A stretch of 64,000 nucleotides of DNA from Vicinamibacterales bacterium (GTDB lineage: Bacteria > Acidobacteriota > Vicinamibacteria > Vicinamibacterales > UBA2999): positions 1,575-65,574 of the forward strand of contig JBOGIQ010000002.1 of the NCBI GenBank assembly GCA_050742535.1, in the 5' to 3' direction. Under the pieces are notes generated by a model, which was not told the DNA's origin, did not search any database, and saw only the letters and a program-made list of their open reading frames with translations. Positions 48,046-58,452 of this stretch are shown here, piece after piece (position 1 is the stretch's first letter; each line of letters starts with the position of its first letter). A program made the translations under genes and the position numbers.

Positions 48046-49475
48046 TGGCCGAGCATCCCGAGCACCCGCAACGTCCGCAGGACGTCGAGCGCGCCGAAAA
48101 GGAGCTGCTGGCGCGCACGCCGCCGGTGATTGCCCCCGGGCACACCTTCAGCACGATCACCGACGCGATCAGCCACGCGGTGCTGGACAAGAAGACGCCG
48201 ATCGGCTGGTTCCTGGGCTTCGGCCTGGCATTCGTGCTTCTCATGATCCTGAACCTGACCATCGGCAAACTGCTGATGACCGGGATCGGGATCTGGGGAA
48301 ACAACGTTCCGGTCGGCTGGGCGTTCGACATCATCAACTTCGTGTGGTGGATCGGCATTGGTCATGCCGGCACCCTCATCTCCGCGATTCTGCTGCTCTT
48401 CCGCCAGCAGTGGCGCACGTCGATCAACCGCTTCGCCGAAGCGATGACGCTGTTTGCGGTCGCCTGCGCGGCGATGTTCCCTCTGCTGCACACCGGTCGT
48501 CCGTGGCTCGCGGCCTACTGGCTCTTTCCGTATCCGAACACGATGGGTTTGTGGCCGCAGTTCCGCAGCCCGCTGATCTGGGACGTCTTCGCAGTCTCGA
48601 CCTACGGCACCGTGTCCGCGCTGTTCTGGTTCACCGGTCTGGTGCCGGATCTGGCGACGCTGCGTGATCGCGCGAAGTCGCGCGGAGCACGAATGATTTA
48701 CGGGATGCTGTCGCTGGGCTGGCGCGGCTCGGCGAAACACTGGCAGCGCTACGAGATGGCGTATCTGCTGCTCGCCGGCATCTCGACGCCTCTCGTGCTG
48801 TCGGTCCACTCAGTGGTGAGCTTCGACTTCGCGGTCTCTGTGCTGCCGGGGTGGCACGCCACAATCTTCCCGCCCTACTTCGTGGCCGGCGCCATCTACT
48901 CCGGCTTCGCGATGGTGATGACGCTGGCGATCCCGCTGCGGAAGTTCTACCACCTCGAAGACTTCATCACCATGCGTCATATCCACAACATGACGAAGGT
49001 GATGCTGGCGACGGGGATGATTGTGGCTTACGGCTACGCGAATGAGGCGTTCTTCGCGTGGTTCGCCGGCAACCCTTACGAGTCCTACATGATGTACAAC
49101 CGGATGACTGGACCGTATGCGGCGTTCTACTGGTCGCTTATTGCGATCAACGCCGTCATGATCCAGCTGTTCTGGTTCCGCAAGGTGCGCGACAACATGG
49201 AGCTGCTCTTCGTGCTGTCGCTCTTTGTCAATGTCGGCATGTGGCTCGAGCGATTCATCATCATCGTCACGAGCCTGCACCGCGACTTCCTGCCCTCGTC
49301 GTGGGACATGTACGAGCCTACGCGCTGGGACTTCGGCATGCTCGCGGGAACAATCGGACTGTTCCTCGCACTCTTCTTCCTGTTCGTCCGCTTCCTGCCA
49401 GCGATTGCCATCTTTGAAATGCGCACTCTCGTTGAGGAGGAGACGCACGAGCTCAAGAGACCGGGGATGGTGTGA
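48045..49475 (+). CDS. actC: ACIII ActC (NrfD family)
   Basis: 476 aa, 1-nt overlap with the actB stop. [33 protein letters not shown]. Confidence 0.93.
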
Positions 49476-50023
49476 TGGCCCATCAGACACCGGAACCATC
49501 GATTCACGGCCTGATGGCCGAATTCGACCGTCCGACGGCGCTCGTCGCGGCCGCCGAGAAGGCGCGGCTGGCCGGGTTTCGGAACATGGACGCATACACG
49601 CCTATTCCGATTGACGAGCTGGAGGAGGCGCTCGGGCTGCCGCGGACGCGTCTGCCTATCCTGGTGTTTCTCGGCGGGCTGCTCGGTGGAATCGGCGGAT
49701 ACAGCCTGCAGTACTGGACACAGACGATGGCGTATCCGATGAACGTGGGCGCCCGTCCGTTTCACAGCTGGCCGCAGTTCATACCGGTGACGTTCGAAAC
49801 CACCGTGCTCGGCGCGGCGTTGACGGCGTTCATCGGCATGTGGGCGCTCAACAGGCTGCCGCAGCCGTATCACCCCGTTTTCAACGTCCCCGAGTTCGCG
49901 CGCGCGTCGAGTGATCGGTTCTTCCTCTGCATCGAGGCGACCGACCCCCGGTTCGACCGCAACGGCACGCGGCACTTCCTCGAGGGCCTGAATCCGGTTG
50001 GAGTATCCGAAGTTGCGCTGTAA
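49472..50023 (+). CDS. actD: ACIII ActD (DUF3341)
   Basis: 183 aa, 4-nt overlap with actC. GLMAEFDRPTALVAAAEKARLAGFRNMDAYTPIPI plus two TMs. Confidence 0.9.
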   Translation: MMAHQTPEPSIHGLMAEFDRPTALVAAAEKARLAGFRNMDAYTPIPIDELEEALGLPRTRLPILVFLGGLLGGIGGYSLQYWTQTMAYPMNVGARPFHSWPQFIPVTFETTVLGAALTAFIGMWALNRLPQPYHPVFNVPEFARASSDRFFLCIEATDPRFDRNGTRHFLEGLNPVGVSEVAL

Positions 50024-50030
50024 ATCAGCG

Positions 50031-50639
50031 ATGGTGGTCGTTGTTCTCAGCGGCGCGCTCGCCGCGTGCCGTCAGGACATGCACGATGCGCCCCGGTACG
50101 AGCCGCTCGAGGCCAGCACGTTTTTTACCGATGGTGGATCGTCGCGCATGCTCGTGGCGAATACCGTGGCGCGGGGCCAGCTGCGCGAGGACGAGCATCT
50201 CTACACCGGCAAAGTCGCGGGTCAGCTGGTGACCGAGTTCCCGATGCCGGTGACGGCCGACACGATGGCGCGCGGACGGGAGCGTTTCGACGTTTTCTGC
50301 GCGCCGTGTCACGGCCGCACAGGTGAGGGCGCCGGTGTGATCGTGCTGCGCGGATTCAGGCGGCCGCCTTCGTACTACGAAGAGCGCCTCGTGAATGCGC
50401 CCGTCGGATACCTCTTCGACGTCATGACCAACGGCTTCGGGGCGATGCAGGACTATTCCGCGCAGGTGCCGGTGGCGGATCGATGGGCAATCGCCGCCTA
50501 CATCCGCGCGCTGCAGTTGAGCCGCCGCGGCACGGCGAACGACGTGCCTGCGGACCGCCGTGCAGAACTCGATCGAAGCCCCGTGACGCCGGCGCCACCA
50601 CCGCCGCCGGCAGGCACCGCAACGCAGGAGAACCGGTAG
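50031..50639 (+). CDS. actE: ACIII ActE monohaem lipoprotein cytochrome c (copy 2)
   Basis: ATG 50031 gives MVVVVLSGALAAC (lipobox). Single CAPCH. The TTG 49998 alternative would overlap actD. Confidence 0.88.
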   Translation: MVVVVLSGALAACRQDMHDAPRYEPLEASTFFTDGGSSRMLVANTVARGQLREDEHLYTGKVAGQLVTEFPMPVTADTMARGRERFDVFCAPCHGRTGEGAGVIVLRGFRRPPSYYEERLVNAPVGYLFDVMTNGFGAMQDYSAQVPVADRWAIAAYIRALQLSRRGTANDVPADRRAELDRSPVTPAPPPPPAGTATQENR

Positions 50640-50640
50640 C

Positions 50641-51861
50641 GTGGAGATGACCTACAGCCCTCCTGTCGCGGATATCGATGCCCGTCGCTCGCGCGCGCTG
50701 GTCGTCGGCGTTGCCGGACTGATCGTCTGCGGAATCGGATTCTTCTTCGATCGCGACCATTTCTTCCGGTCGTGGCTGATCGCGTTCCTGTTGTTCCTGG
50801 GCATCTCGCTCGGATCGATGGCGCTGATGATGATTCAGCACCTGTCCGGCGGGACCTGGGGTGTTTTCCGCCGGGTCTTCGAGGCGTCCAGTCGCACGGT
50901 TCCGTTCATGTTCGTGCTGTTCGTTCCGGTCATTCTGGGGATGACGAGCCTGTACGTCTGGACGCATCCGGAGCACGTGCAGGCGGACGAAATCCTGCGG
51001 CACAAGTCGCTCTACCTCAACACCGGGTTCTTCATCGGGCGGGCGGTGCTGTATTTCGCAATCTGGAGCGGCTTGTCGATCGTGCTGAACAGGCTGTCGG
51101 CGCGCCAGGATACCGGCGAGGTCAGCGTCAATCCGACGATTCAGCGCGTCAGCGGCGCCGGGATCGTCCTCTACGCACTGACCGTAACGTTTGCGGGCAT
51201 CGACTGGATCATGTCGATCAACCCCCACTGGTACTCGACGCTGTTCGGCTTCCTGATGATGGGCGGGCAAGGCCTTGCCGCGCTCGCCTTCACGATCGTC
51301 ATCTGCACGATCCTGATCAAGCGCGAGCCGCTGAACAGCCTGTTCACACCGAACCACTTCCACGATCTCGGGAAGCTGATGTTCGCGTTCGTCATGTTGT
51401 GGGCCTATTTCAACTTCTCGCAATTCCTGCTCACCTACGCCGCGAATCTCATTGAAGAAATCCCGTACATGGTGGCGCGGACCAGCCATGGCTGGCAGTT
51501 CCTGGCGCTGTTCCTGATTGCCTTTCACTTTGCCGTGCCATGGCTGCTGCTGCTGTCGCGCAAGACCAAGCGCACGCCGCATCGGCTGGTGATCATCGCG
51601 GCATGGTTGCTGTTTGCCCGCTACGCCGATCTCTACATGATGGTGTCGCCGGAGTTCGCGTCAACAGGGCAGAACCTGCATCTCGTCGAAGGGGAGGCGG
51701 TCAGCCACTTCTTCGTGCATTGGCTCGACCTGGCGGCGCCGGTGGCGATCGGCGGCCTATGGTTCTGGATGTTCCTGACCGAGCTGAAGAAACGGCCGAT
51801 GCTCGCGACCGGCGATCCGTATCTGCGGGAATCGCTGGCGAGTGCCGGAGGTCATCACTGA
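50641..51861 (+). CDS. actF: ACIII ActF polytopic membrane subunit (copy 2)
   Basis: 406 aa; follows actE by 1 nt. Paralog of 38348-39556. Confidence 0.9.
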   Translation: MEMTYSPPVADIDARRSRALVVGVAGLIVCGIGFFFDRDHFFRSWLIAFLLFLGISLGSMALMMIQHLSGGTWGVFRRVFEASSRTVPFMFVLFVPVILGMTSLYVWTHPEHVQADEILRHKSLYLNTGFFIGRAVLYFAIWSGLSIVLNRLSARQDTGEVSVNPTIQRVSGAGIVLYALTVTFAGIDWIMSINPHWYSTLFGFLMMGGQGLAALAFTIVICTILIKREPLNSLFTPNHFHDLGKLMFAFVMLWAYFNFSQFLLTYAANLIEEIPYMVARTSHGWQFLALFLIAFHFAVPWLLLLSRKTKRTPHRLVIIAAWLLFARYADLYMMVSPEFASTGQNLHLVEGEAVSHFFVHWLDLAAPVAIGGLWFWMFLTELKKRPMLATGDPYLRESLASAGGHH

Positions 51862-52418
51862 TGGCCCATGCCAATCACCAGCCTTTGGTCGAGGGCGGAG
51901 GCGGACATGCCTCCGCGGAAGACGAGTACCTGGTCACGCCGCCGGGCAGCGGCCACGAGCATACCGACACCAACGTCGGGATCATCGTCAAGTTCGGCAT
52001 CTGGCTGGCGATTTCCGCGATCGTCATTCATATCGGCCTCGGGCTTCTCTTTGTGGTGTTCGTCAAACAGAGTGAGGAGACGGCCGTGGAGTTCCCGCTG
52101 GCCGGCCAGGAGCATCGTCTTCCGGCCGCTCCAACGCTGCAGCAGTTTCCCGAGAACGAGTTCCATGACTTCCGGGTACGCGAAGAGGCGGTGCTTCAAC
52201 AGTACGGCTGGGTGAACAAGGAGACCGGTGCAGTGCGGATGCCGATCGAAGAGGCGATGCGCCTCACCGTCGAGCGCGGCCTGCCGGTTCGCGCGCCGCA
52301 GACGACCGAGCCCCAGCCGGGTGCTCAGACGCAACCTGACGCCGCGCCGCGACAGGTACCCGGACTGATGCCAACGGATTCAAGCGCGGGCCGGACCATG
52401 GAAAGAAGAAGGCAATAG
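51861..52418 (+). CDS. Single-pass membrane protein in the position downstream of actF (possible accessory ACIII subunit)
   Basis: ATG 51861 (TGATG overlap with the actF stop). 185 aa with one TM (GIIVKFGIWLAISAIVIHIGLGLLFVVFV). No family confidently recognised. Confidence 0.55.
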   Translation: MAHANHQPLVEGGGGHASAEDEYLVTPPGSGHEHTDTNVGIIVKFGIWLAISAIVIHIGLGLLFVVFVKQSEETAVEFPLAGQEHRLPAAPTLQQFPENEFHDFRVREEAVLQQYGWVNKETGAVRMPIEEAMRLTVERGLPVRAPQTTEPQPGAQTQPDAAPRQVPGLMPTDSSAGRTMERRRQ

Positions 52419-52422
52419 GACC

Positions 52423-53331
52423 ATGAAGGCAGTAGTTCAAGATTCGAAATGCAGAATGCAAACCCGACAAGTTGTCGTCGCGGTTCTTGTTTGCATTTTG
52501 CATCTTGCGTTTTGCATCGCACCGGCACGCGCCCAGCTCCAGCCCGGCGTGCCGGGCCAGATGGGCCATCAGACCGGCATCGTCGCCTCGAATGTGCCAC
52601 CGAAGCTCAAGTCAGTGACGTTTGCGCAGCGGCTGAATAACCAGATGCCGCTGGCTACGCCGCTGACCGACGAAGCAGGTCGGGCCGTGACTCTTGGCGA
52701 CTACTTCGGGCGCAAGCCGGTCGTGCTGACGTTTGTCTACTACCAATGCCCGATGCTCTGCCCGCTGACGCTGAACGGCATTTCATCGGCGCTGAAGGTG
52801 CTGCCGTTTACGCCAGGCAAGGACTTCGAGGTCGTGGTCATCAGCTTCGATCCGCGCGACACGCCGGAGGCGGCGAATGCGAAGAAACGCGCGCATCTTG
52901 CCCACTGGAAGACCGAGGACACGGCGTCAGGCTGGCACTTTCTGACCGCCGAGGAGAGCGCGATCACGCAGCTGACGTCCGCCGCAGGTTTTGCCTATCA
53001 GTGGGACGACGCCACAAACCAGTTCGCCCATGTCAGCGGCCTGCTGACACTGACACCCGACGGCAGGCTGGCGCGCTATTTCTACGGCGTCGAATACTCG
53101 CCGAAGGATCTTCGGCTGGCGCTCATCGAATCCGGACAGGGGCGCATCGGGTCGCTGGTCGAGGAGGTTCTCCTGTTCTGTTTCGACTACGACCCGGCCA
53201 CCGGCCGTTATGGGTGGGCCGTGATGACGCTGGTTCGTATCGGAGGGTTGCTCACTGTGGCCGCCGTGCTCGGTTTTGTGGTGGTGATGAGGCGCCGCGA
53301 AGGACGCGCTCCCCTGGAAAGGCACGCCTGA
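52423..53331 (+). CDS. sco: SCO1/SenC-family copper chaperone
   Basis: FVYYQCPMLCP (CxxxC), downstream His (FAHVSGLLTLTPDGRL), and a C-terminal TM. Confidence 0.9.
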   Translation: MKAVVQDSKCRMQTRQVVVAVLVCILHLAFCIAPARAQLQPGVPGQMGHQTGIVASNVPPKLKSVTFAQRLNNQMPLATPLTDEAGRAVTLGDYFGRKPVVLTFVYYQCPMLCPLTLNGISSALKVLPFTPGKDFEVVVISFDPRDTPEAANAKKRAHLAHWKTEDTASGWHFLTAEESAITQLTSAAGFAYQWDDATNQFAHVSGLLTLTPDGRLARYFYGVEYSPKDLRLALIESGQGRIGSLVEEVLLFCFDYDPATGRYGWAVMTLVRIGGLLTVAAVLGFVVVMRRREGRAPLERHA

Positions 53332-53337
53332 GCCTGT

Positions 53338-54336
53338 ATGTCGTCCATTTTCCAACTCGTCCCTGATCAGGCGTCGACCATGGCAGCCGACGTGGACCGG
53401 CTGTACTGGTTCATTGTCGGCGTGACGGCGTTCTTCGCCATCCTGGTGTGCGTCCTCGTCGTCTACTTCGCGGTCCGATACCGGACCGAGGACCCGCTGA
53501 AGGTCGGCTCCCCGATTACCGGATCCATCCCGCTCGAGCTCGCGTGGTCAGTGATCCCGTTTCTGATTTCCGTCGTGATCTTCGTCTGGGCGGCGCAGGT
53601 GTTCTTCGATCTGTCCCGGCCGCCCGATCAGACGCTGGAGATCTACGCGACAGGCAAGCGCTGGATGTGGAAGTTCCAGCACCTCGATGGCAAGGCCGAG
53701 ATCAACGAGCTCCATGTGCCGCTCGGCCGTCCGGTGAAGGTGACGTTCACGTCGGAAGACGTCCTGCACTCGCTTTTTTTCCCGTCGTTCCGCGTGAAGG
53801 CCGACGCGATTCCGGGCCGCTACAGCACGGTCTGGTTCAACGCGACGAAGACTGGTGAGTGGCACATCTTCTGCGCCGAGTATTGCGGCACCAGACACTC
53901 AGGGATGATCGGGACAGTCACCGTGATGGAGCCGGCCGCGTATCAGGCGTGGCTCAGTGGAGCCGGAGGCGGCGGGACGCTGGCCTCCCGTGGCGAACGG
54001 CTGTTCAGCGAGCTGGCGTGCAACACCTGTCATCTCGGCGACGGTTCCGGACGCGGACCGTCGCTGTTCAACAAATTTGGCACACAGGAACAGCTGGCGA
54101 ACGGGTCGGTCGTCAACGTCGATGAGAGCTACGTGCGTGAATCAATCCTGACGCCGCAGATGAAGGTCGTTGCCGGCTACCAGCCGGTGATGCCCACGTT
54201 TCAGGGCCTCCTGAACGAGGAGAGCGTGATGGCGCTCATCGAGTATGTGAAGTCGCTGCAGTCATCGACCGGCGGCACCCCCGCGACGAATCCCGCCGGT
54301 GCACCGGCGGCCGCGCCAGCGCAGGAGAACCGGTAA
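53338..54336 (+). CDS. coxB: caa3-type cytochrome c oxidase subunit II with fused cytochrome c domain
   Basis: Two TMs. CuA pattern HSLFFPSF...[13 protein letters not shown]-terminal CNTCH haem c site. Confidence 0.95.
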   Translation: MSSIFQLVPDQASTMAADVDRLYWFIVGVTAFFAILVCVLVVYFAVRYRTEDPLKVGSPITGSIPLELAWSVIPFLISVVIFVWAAQVFFDLSRPPDQTLEIYATGKRWMWKFQHLDGKAEINELHVPLGRPVKVTFTSEDVLHSLFFPSFRVKADAIPGRYSTVWFNATKTGEWHIFCAEYCGTRHSGMIGTVTVMEPAAYQAWLSGAGGGGTLASRGERLFSELACNTCHLGDGSGRGPSLFNKFGTQEQLANGSVVNVDESYVRESILTPQMKVVAGYQPVMPTFQGLLNEESVMALIEYVKSLQSSTGGTPATNPAGAPAAAPAQENR

Positions 54337-54340
54337 CACC

Positions 54341-55957
54341 ATGGACATGACGCTCGCCGCGCCGCGCGTTGACTACCTGAACGTGAGGCACACCGTCGCG
54401 TCGTGGCTCCTGACCAAGGACCACAAGCGCATCGGCATCATGTACCTCGTCGTCGTCACCATCGCGTTCTTTGTCGGGGGTCTGTTCGCGTCGCTCATTC
54501 GCCTGGAGCTGGCGACGCCGGCCGGCGACCTCGTCAGCTCCGACACCTACAACAAGCTGTTCACGATGCACGGCGTGGCGATGGTCTTCTTCGTCCTCAT
54601 CCCCGCCGTGCCGGCGATTCTCGGGAACTTCGTCCTGCCACTGATGCTGGGCGCGAAGGACGTCGCCTTTCCGAAGATCAACCTCCTCAGCTGGTACGTC
54701 TTCGTCATCGGCTTCCTGTTCACGCTCTACGCGATGATCACCGGCGGCGTGGACACCGGCTGGACGTTCTATACGCCGTACAGCAGCCGCGCCTCGAGCA
54801 CGAACGTGATGATGACGGGCATCGGTGTGTTCATCACCGGGTTCTCGTCGATCCTGACCGGCCTCAACTTCATGGTCACGATCCACCGCATGCGCGCGCC
54901 GGGACTCACCTGGTTCCGCTTGCCGCTGTTCGTGTGGGCCATCTACTCGACGAGCCTCGTGCAGGTCCTGGGCACGCCGGTCATTGCGATTACCGTGCTC
55001 GCCCTCGCCGTCGAGCGCGGTCTTGGTTTCGGCATCTTCGATCCGGCGCTGGGCGGCGACCCGGTGCTCTTCCAGCACCTGTTCTGGTTCTATTCACACC
55101 CGGCGGTCTACATCATGATCCTGCCGCCGATGGGCGCCATCAGCGAGGTGCTCGCCTGCTTCTCGCGTAAGAACATCTTCGGCTACTCGTTCGTCGCGTT
55201 CTCGAGCCTCGCCATCGCCATCTTCGGGTTCCTGGTGTGGGCACACCACCTGTTCGTCGCCGGTATCTCGGTTTATTCGGCGCTGGTGTTTTCCTTCCTC
55301 ACCTACGCGGTCGCGATCCCATCGGCGGTGAAAACGTTCAACTGGACGGCAACGCTCTACCAAGGCGCGATCTGGCTGAAGGCGCCGATGATCTGGGCGA
55401 TCTGCTTCCTCGGCCTGTTCCTCGTCGGTGGTTTGACCGGGCTCTTCACGGCAGCGCTCGGCGTCGACGTGCACATACACGACACTTACTTCGTCGTCGC
55501 GCACTTCCACTTCATCATGGTCGGCGGCGCGATCATGGGCTACTTCGCGGGTCTCCATTACTGGTGGCCGAAGATGACGGGCCGGATGTATTCGGACATC
55601 TGGGCCAAGGTCGCCGCCGTCATCGTATTCGTCGGATTCAATCTGACCTTCGGACCGCAGTTCATCCTCGGCTACCTCGGGATGCCGCGCCGGTATCACA
55701 TGTATCCGGAAGAGTTCCAGGTGCTGAACGTGCTCTCGTCCGCCGGCGCCTCGATCCTCGCCGTCGGATATGTGCTCGTCGCCATCTACCTCATTGCCTC
55801 CCTGTTCAGGGGCGAAAAGGCGGGCGAGAACCCGTGGCACGCCACCGGGCTCGAGTGGACGACGCAGTCGCCGCCGCTGCCGCACAACTTCGAGACGCAG
55901 CCGGTGGTCACCGAAGGTGCCTACGAGTACTCGAAACGGGAGATCAAAGTTGTCTGA
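54341..55957 (+). CDS. coxA: Haem-copper oxidase subunit I, A2-type
   Basis: Start at ATG 54341 (MDMTLAAP), 4 nt after the coxB stop. [26 protein letters not shown] has the YS motif and no helix VI Glu, as in the Thermus/Rhodothermus caa3 enzymes. [14 protein letters not shown]. Confidence 0.95.
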   Translation: MDMTLAAPRVDYLNVRHTVASWLLTKDHKRIGIMYLVVVTIAFFVGGLFASLIRLELATPAGDLVSSDTYNKLFTMHGVAMVFFVLIPAVPAILGNFVLPLMLGAKDVAFPKINLLSWYVFVIGFLFTLYAMITGGVDTGWTFYTPYSSRASSTNVMMTGIGVFITGFSSILTGLNFMVTIHRMRAPGLTWFRLPLFVWAIYSTSLVQVLGTPVIAITVLALAVERGLGFGIFDPALGGDPVLFQHLFWFYSHPAVYIMILPPMGAISEVLACFSRKNIFGYSFVAFSSLAIAIFGFLVWAHHLFVAGISVYSALVFSFLTYAVAIPSAVKTFNWTATLYQGAIWLKAPMIWAICFLGLFLVGGLTGLFTAALGVDVHIHDTYFVVAHFHFIMVGGAIMGYFAGLHYWWPKMTGRMYSDIWAKVAAVIVFVGFNLTFGPQFILGYLGMPRRYHMYPEEFQVLNVLSSAGASILAVGYVLVAIYLIASLFRGEKAGENPWHATGLEWTTQSPPLPHNFETQPVVTEGAYEYSKREIKVV

Positions 55958-56642
55958 CGCGGCAGCGATAACCGGCGACGCGCACGCGCACGGTCATCAT
56001 CCGGATCTCCAGCATCACTTCGACACGCTGGAGCAGCAGCACGAGGCGGCGACACTCGGGATGTGGCTGTTCCTCGTCACCGAAGTACTCTTCTTCGGCG
56101 GTCTGTTCCTGGCCTACATGCTCTACCGCGTCTGGTATCACGAGGCATGGGTGGCGGGGAGCAAGGAGCTCAGCATCGCGCTCGGCGGATTCAACACGGT
56201 CGTCCTCATCGGCAGCAGCTTGACGATGGCGATGGCGGTGCGTTCCGCGCAGACCGGATATCGGCGCGCGACCATCGGCTGGCTGCTCGGCACCATGGCG
56301 CTCGGCCTCACGTTCCTGATCGTCAAGGTCTTCGAATACAAGGACAAGTTCGATCATCATCACGTGCCCGGCTACGACTTCCACGTCGACGCGGCGCACG
56401 CCGGCATCGCCGGGCCGATGGAGATCTTCTTCTCGCTCTACTTCACGATGACCGGCCTGCACGCATTGCACATGATCATCGGCTTCGGTCTGATGTCGGT
56501 CATCACGTGGATGGCGTACAAGCGACGTTTCTCGCCGCAGTGGTATACGCCGGTCGAGATGAGCGGGTTGTACTGGCACTTCGTCGACATCGTCTGGATC
56601 TTCCTGTTCCCGCTGCTTTATCTGGTGGATCGGACGCAGTAG
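55950..56642 (+). CDS. coxC: Haem-copper oxidase subunit III
   Basis: [47 protein letters not shown]. The start is uncertain; TTG 55950 overlapping the coxA stop is proposed. Confidence 0.88.
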   Translation: MSDAAAITGDAHAHGHHPDLQHHFDTLEQQHEAATLGMWLFLVTEVLFFGGLFLAYMLYRVWYHEAWVAGSKELSIALGGFNTVVLIGSSLTMAMAVRSAQTGYRRATIGWLLGTMALGLTFLIVKVFEYKDKFDHHHVPGYDFHVDAAHAGIAGPMEIFFSLYFTMTGLHALHMIIGFGLMSVITWMAYKRRFSPQWYTPVEMSGLYWHFVDIVWIFLFPLLYLVDRTQ

Positions 56643-56644
56643 CC

Positions 56645-57037
56645 ATGTCTCACATCGCCCCAAAGTCGATGTACTACACCATCTTCGGAATACTGATGGT
56701 GATGACCGCGCTGACGGTGTATGCCGCCTTCCATCACCTCGGGGTGTTCAACTTTCCGGTGGCCATCGGTATCGCGATTACGAAGGCGACGCTCGTCGTC
56801 CTGTTCTTCATGCACGCGAAGTACAGCAGCAGGCTGACCAAGCTGTTCGTCGGGATGTCGTTCTTCTTCCTGATCATCATGTTCGCGCTGACATTGACGG
56901 ATTACATGTCGCGCGGGCTGAAGACGTACCCGGGCGGCGCCGGCGGCGCTGGTTACGGGGTGCGGTCCGCGGCGCCGGCGCACGGGGCTCCGGCCGCTGA
57001 AGAACACAAGGAAGGCGCGGCGGAACCCGCGCATTAG
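56645..57037 (+). CDS. Prokaryotic cytochrome c oxidase subunit IV family protein
   Basis: ATG 56645. 130 aa with three TMs. YYTIFGILMVMTALTV...KATLVVLFFMHAK. Gly/Ala-rich tail. Confidence 0.8.
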   Translation: MSHIAPKSMYYTIFGILMVMTALTVYAAFHHLGVFNFPVAIGIAITKATLVVLFFMHAKYSSRLTKLFVGMSFFFLIIMFALTLTDYMSRGLKTYPGGAGGAGYGVRSAAPAHGAPAAEEHKEGAAEPAH

Positions 57038-57043
57038 CACCGG

Positions 57044-57103
57044 GTCCGCCTGAAGGCGGACACTACGTCCCCGGACGTATGTAGTGTCCGGCTTTAGCCG
57101 GAC
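57044..57103. repeat. Palindromic 3'-end element (same family as 7350-7456)
   Basis: gtccgcc-tgaa-ggcggac, then actacg...gtagt, then gtccggc-ttta-gccggac. Starts 6 nt after the subunit IV stop (+ strand) and directly abuts the PLD-family stop (- strand, 57104-57106). Confidence 0.85.
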
Positions 57104-58372
57104 CTAGAACACCTCGCCGAACAGGCTCCAGGTCTTTTCACGTGCCCGGATGTGCAGCGGGCGCGACCGCCAGGAATCCAGGTCCAGCCGTTTCGAGTGT
57201 CCACGGTCGCGCTCGAAATCCTCGCGCAGCCGGTTCGCGACGGCGCGGTCGAACACCACGACGTTGAGCTCGTCGTTCAGTTCGAACGACCGGTTGTCGA
57301 AGTTCGCCGACCCGACGATGCTCAGGATGCCGTCCACGATCACGGCTTTGGTGTGCATCATCGTCGGCTGATATTCGTGGATCTCGATTCCCTGCTGCAG
57401 CAGCTCTCCGTACTGGGCGCGGCTCGCGAACTTCACCGGCTTGGCGTCGGTGATATCGCCTTCAACCAGCATCCGCACGCGTACGCCGCGCCGCCGTGCG
57501 TCGGCCAGGCTCCACGCCGTCGAGGCATCGGTGATCAGGTACGGCGACTGGATGTCGATCGATTCGCGCGCGGCGGCAAGGGACAGCAGATAGACGAGTT
57601 TCAGCGCATTGGTGCCGCCTTCAGGAGAGCTCCAGACCACGATCGAGCTCGCCGGTCCGCGCGGATTTGGATCGTGCGGGATCACGTCCGGATCGACGAT
57701 ACCGCCTGTCTCGATCCAGTTTTCGTTGAACGCCGCTTCGACGTCGGTGGCCGCCGGACCCACGACCTTGACGTGCGTGTCGCGCCACTTGCGTGCCTTT
57801 TCCGTGTCGCGCGCCCACTGGTCCGCAATACCGATTCCGCCGACGAATGCGACGTCACCATCGACGATCAGCGCCTTGCGGTGCGTCCGGTAGTTCACTT
57901 CTTCGATCGCCCGGCTTCGAACCTTGTTGAACCACCCGATGCGGCACCCGGCATCCTCCAACCGGGACGCGTCTTCATCGCTGAGCTTTGCGCCGAACGC
58001 GTCGAAGACGAGTCGCACTTCGACACCGCGCTGCGCCGCGGCCACGAAGGCATCGGTGAACTGGCGCGCGATGTCCTCTTTGCTGTCGTAGATGTAGCCT
58101 TCGAACGCGACCCGGTGTTTTGCCGCGCCGATCGCGGCAAGCATTTCGGGAAAGGCAGTGTCACCGTTCGTCAGCACGGTGTACCGATCTCCGGATGTGA
58201 GCGCGTGGCCCGACAGCTTCGCCAGATATCCCGGGAACCGCGGATCGGTTGCGGCGAGCGACGTCCTGACGCGCAGCGTTTCCTGGTCCTGGGCGACGAC
58301 CAGGCCCATTCCAACGATGATGACGCCGATGACGATACCGATGATGAGGTTGCGCGGCTTCGGCAGCTTCAT
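57104..58372 (-). CDS. Phospholipase D / cardiolipin synthase-like protein (two HKD motifs)
   Basis: N-terminal TM. HRKALIVDGDVAFVGGIGIAD and HTKAVIVDGILSIVGSANFDNRS. Confidence 0.88.
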   Translation of the reverse strand: MKLPKPRNLIIGIVIGVIIVGMGLVVAQDQETLRVRTSLAATDPRFPGYLAKLSGHALTSGDRYTVLTNGDTAFPEMLAAIGAAKHRVAFEGYIYDSKEDIARQFTDAFVAAAQRGVEVRLVFDAFGAKLSDEDASRLEDAGCRIGWFNKVRSRAIEEVNYRTHRKALIVDGDVAFVGGIGIADQWARDTEKARKWRDTHVKVVGPAATDVEAAFNENWIETGGIVDPDVIPHDPNPRGPASSIVVWSSPEGGTNALKLVYLLSLAAARESIDIQSPYLITDASTAWSLADARRRGVRVRMLVEGDITDAKPVKFASRAQYGELLQQGIEIHEYQPTMMHTKAVIVDGILSIVGSANFDNRSFELNDELNVVVFDRAVANRLREDFERDRGHSKRLDLDSWRSRPLHIRAREKTWSLFGEVF

Positions 58373-58405
58373 GCTGCCGGCAAGAGTTGCAAGCTGAGGA
58401 CCGCA

Positions 58406-58452
58406 GGCGCCCTTAAAGGGCGCCCTACGTAGGGCACCCCTTTAGGGGTGCC
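58406..58452. repeat. Sequence-divergent, structure-conserved variant of the palindromic 3'-end element
   Basis: ggcgccct-taa-agggcgcc, palindrome ctacgtag, ggcacccc-ttta-ggggtgcc. Directly abuts the DUF5916 gene stop (58453-58455). Confidence 0.75.
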
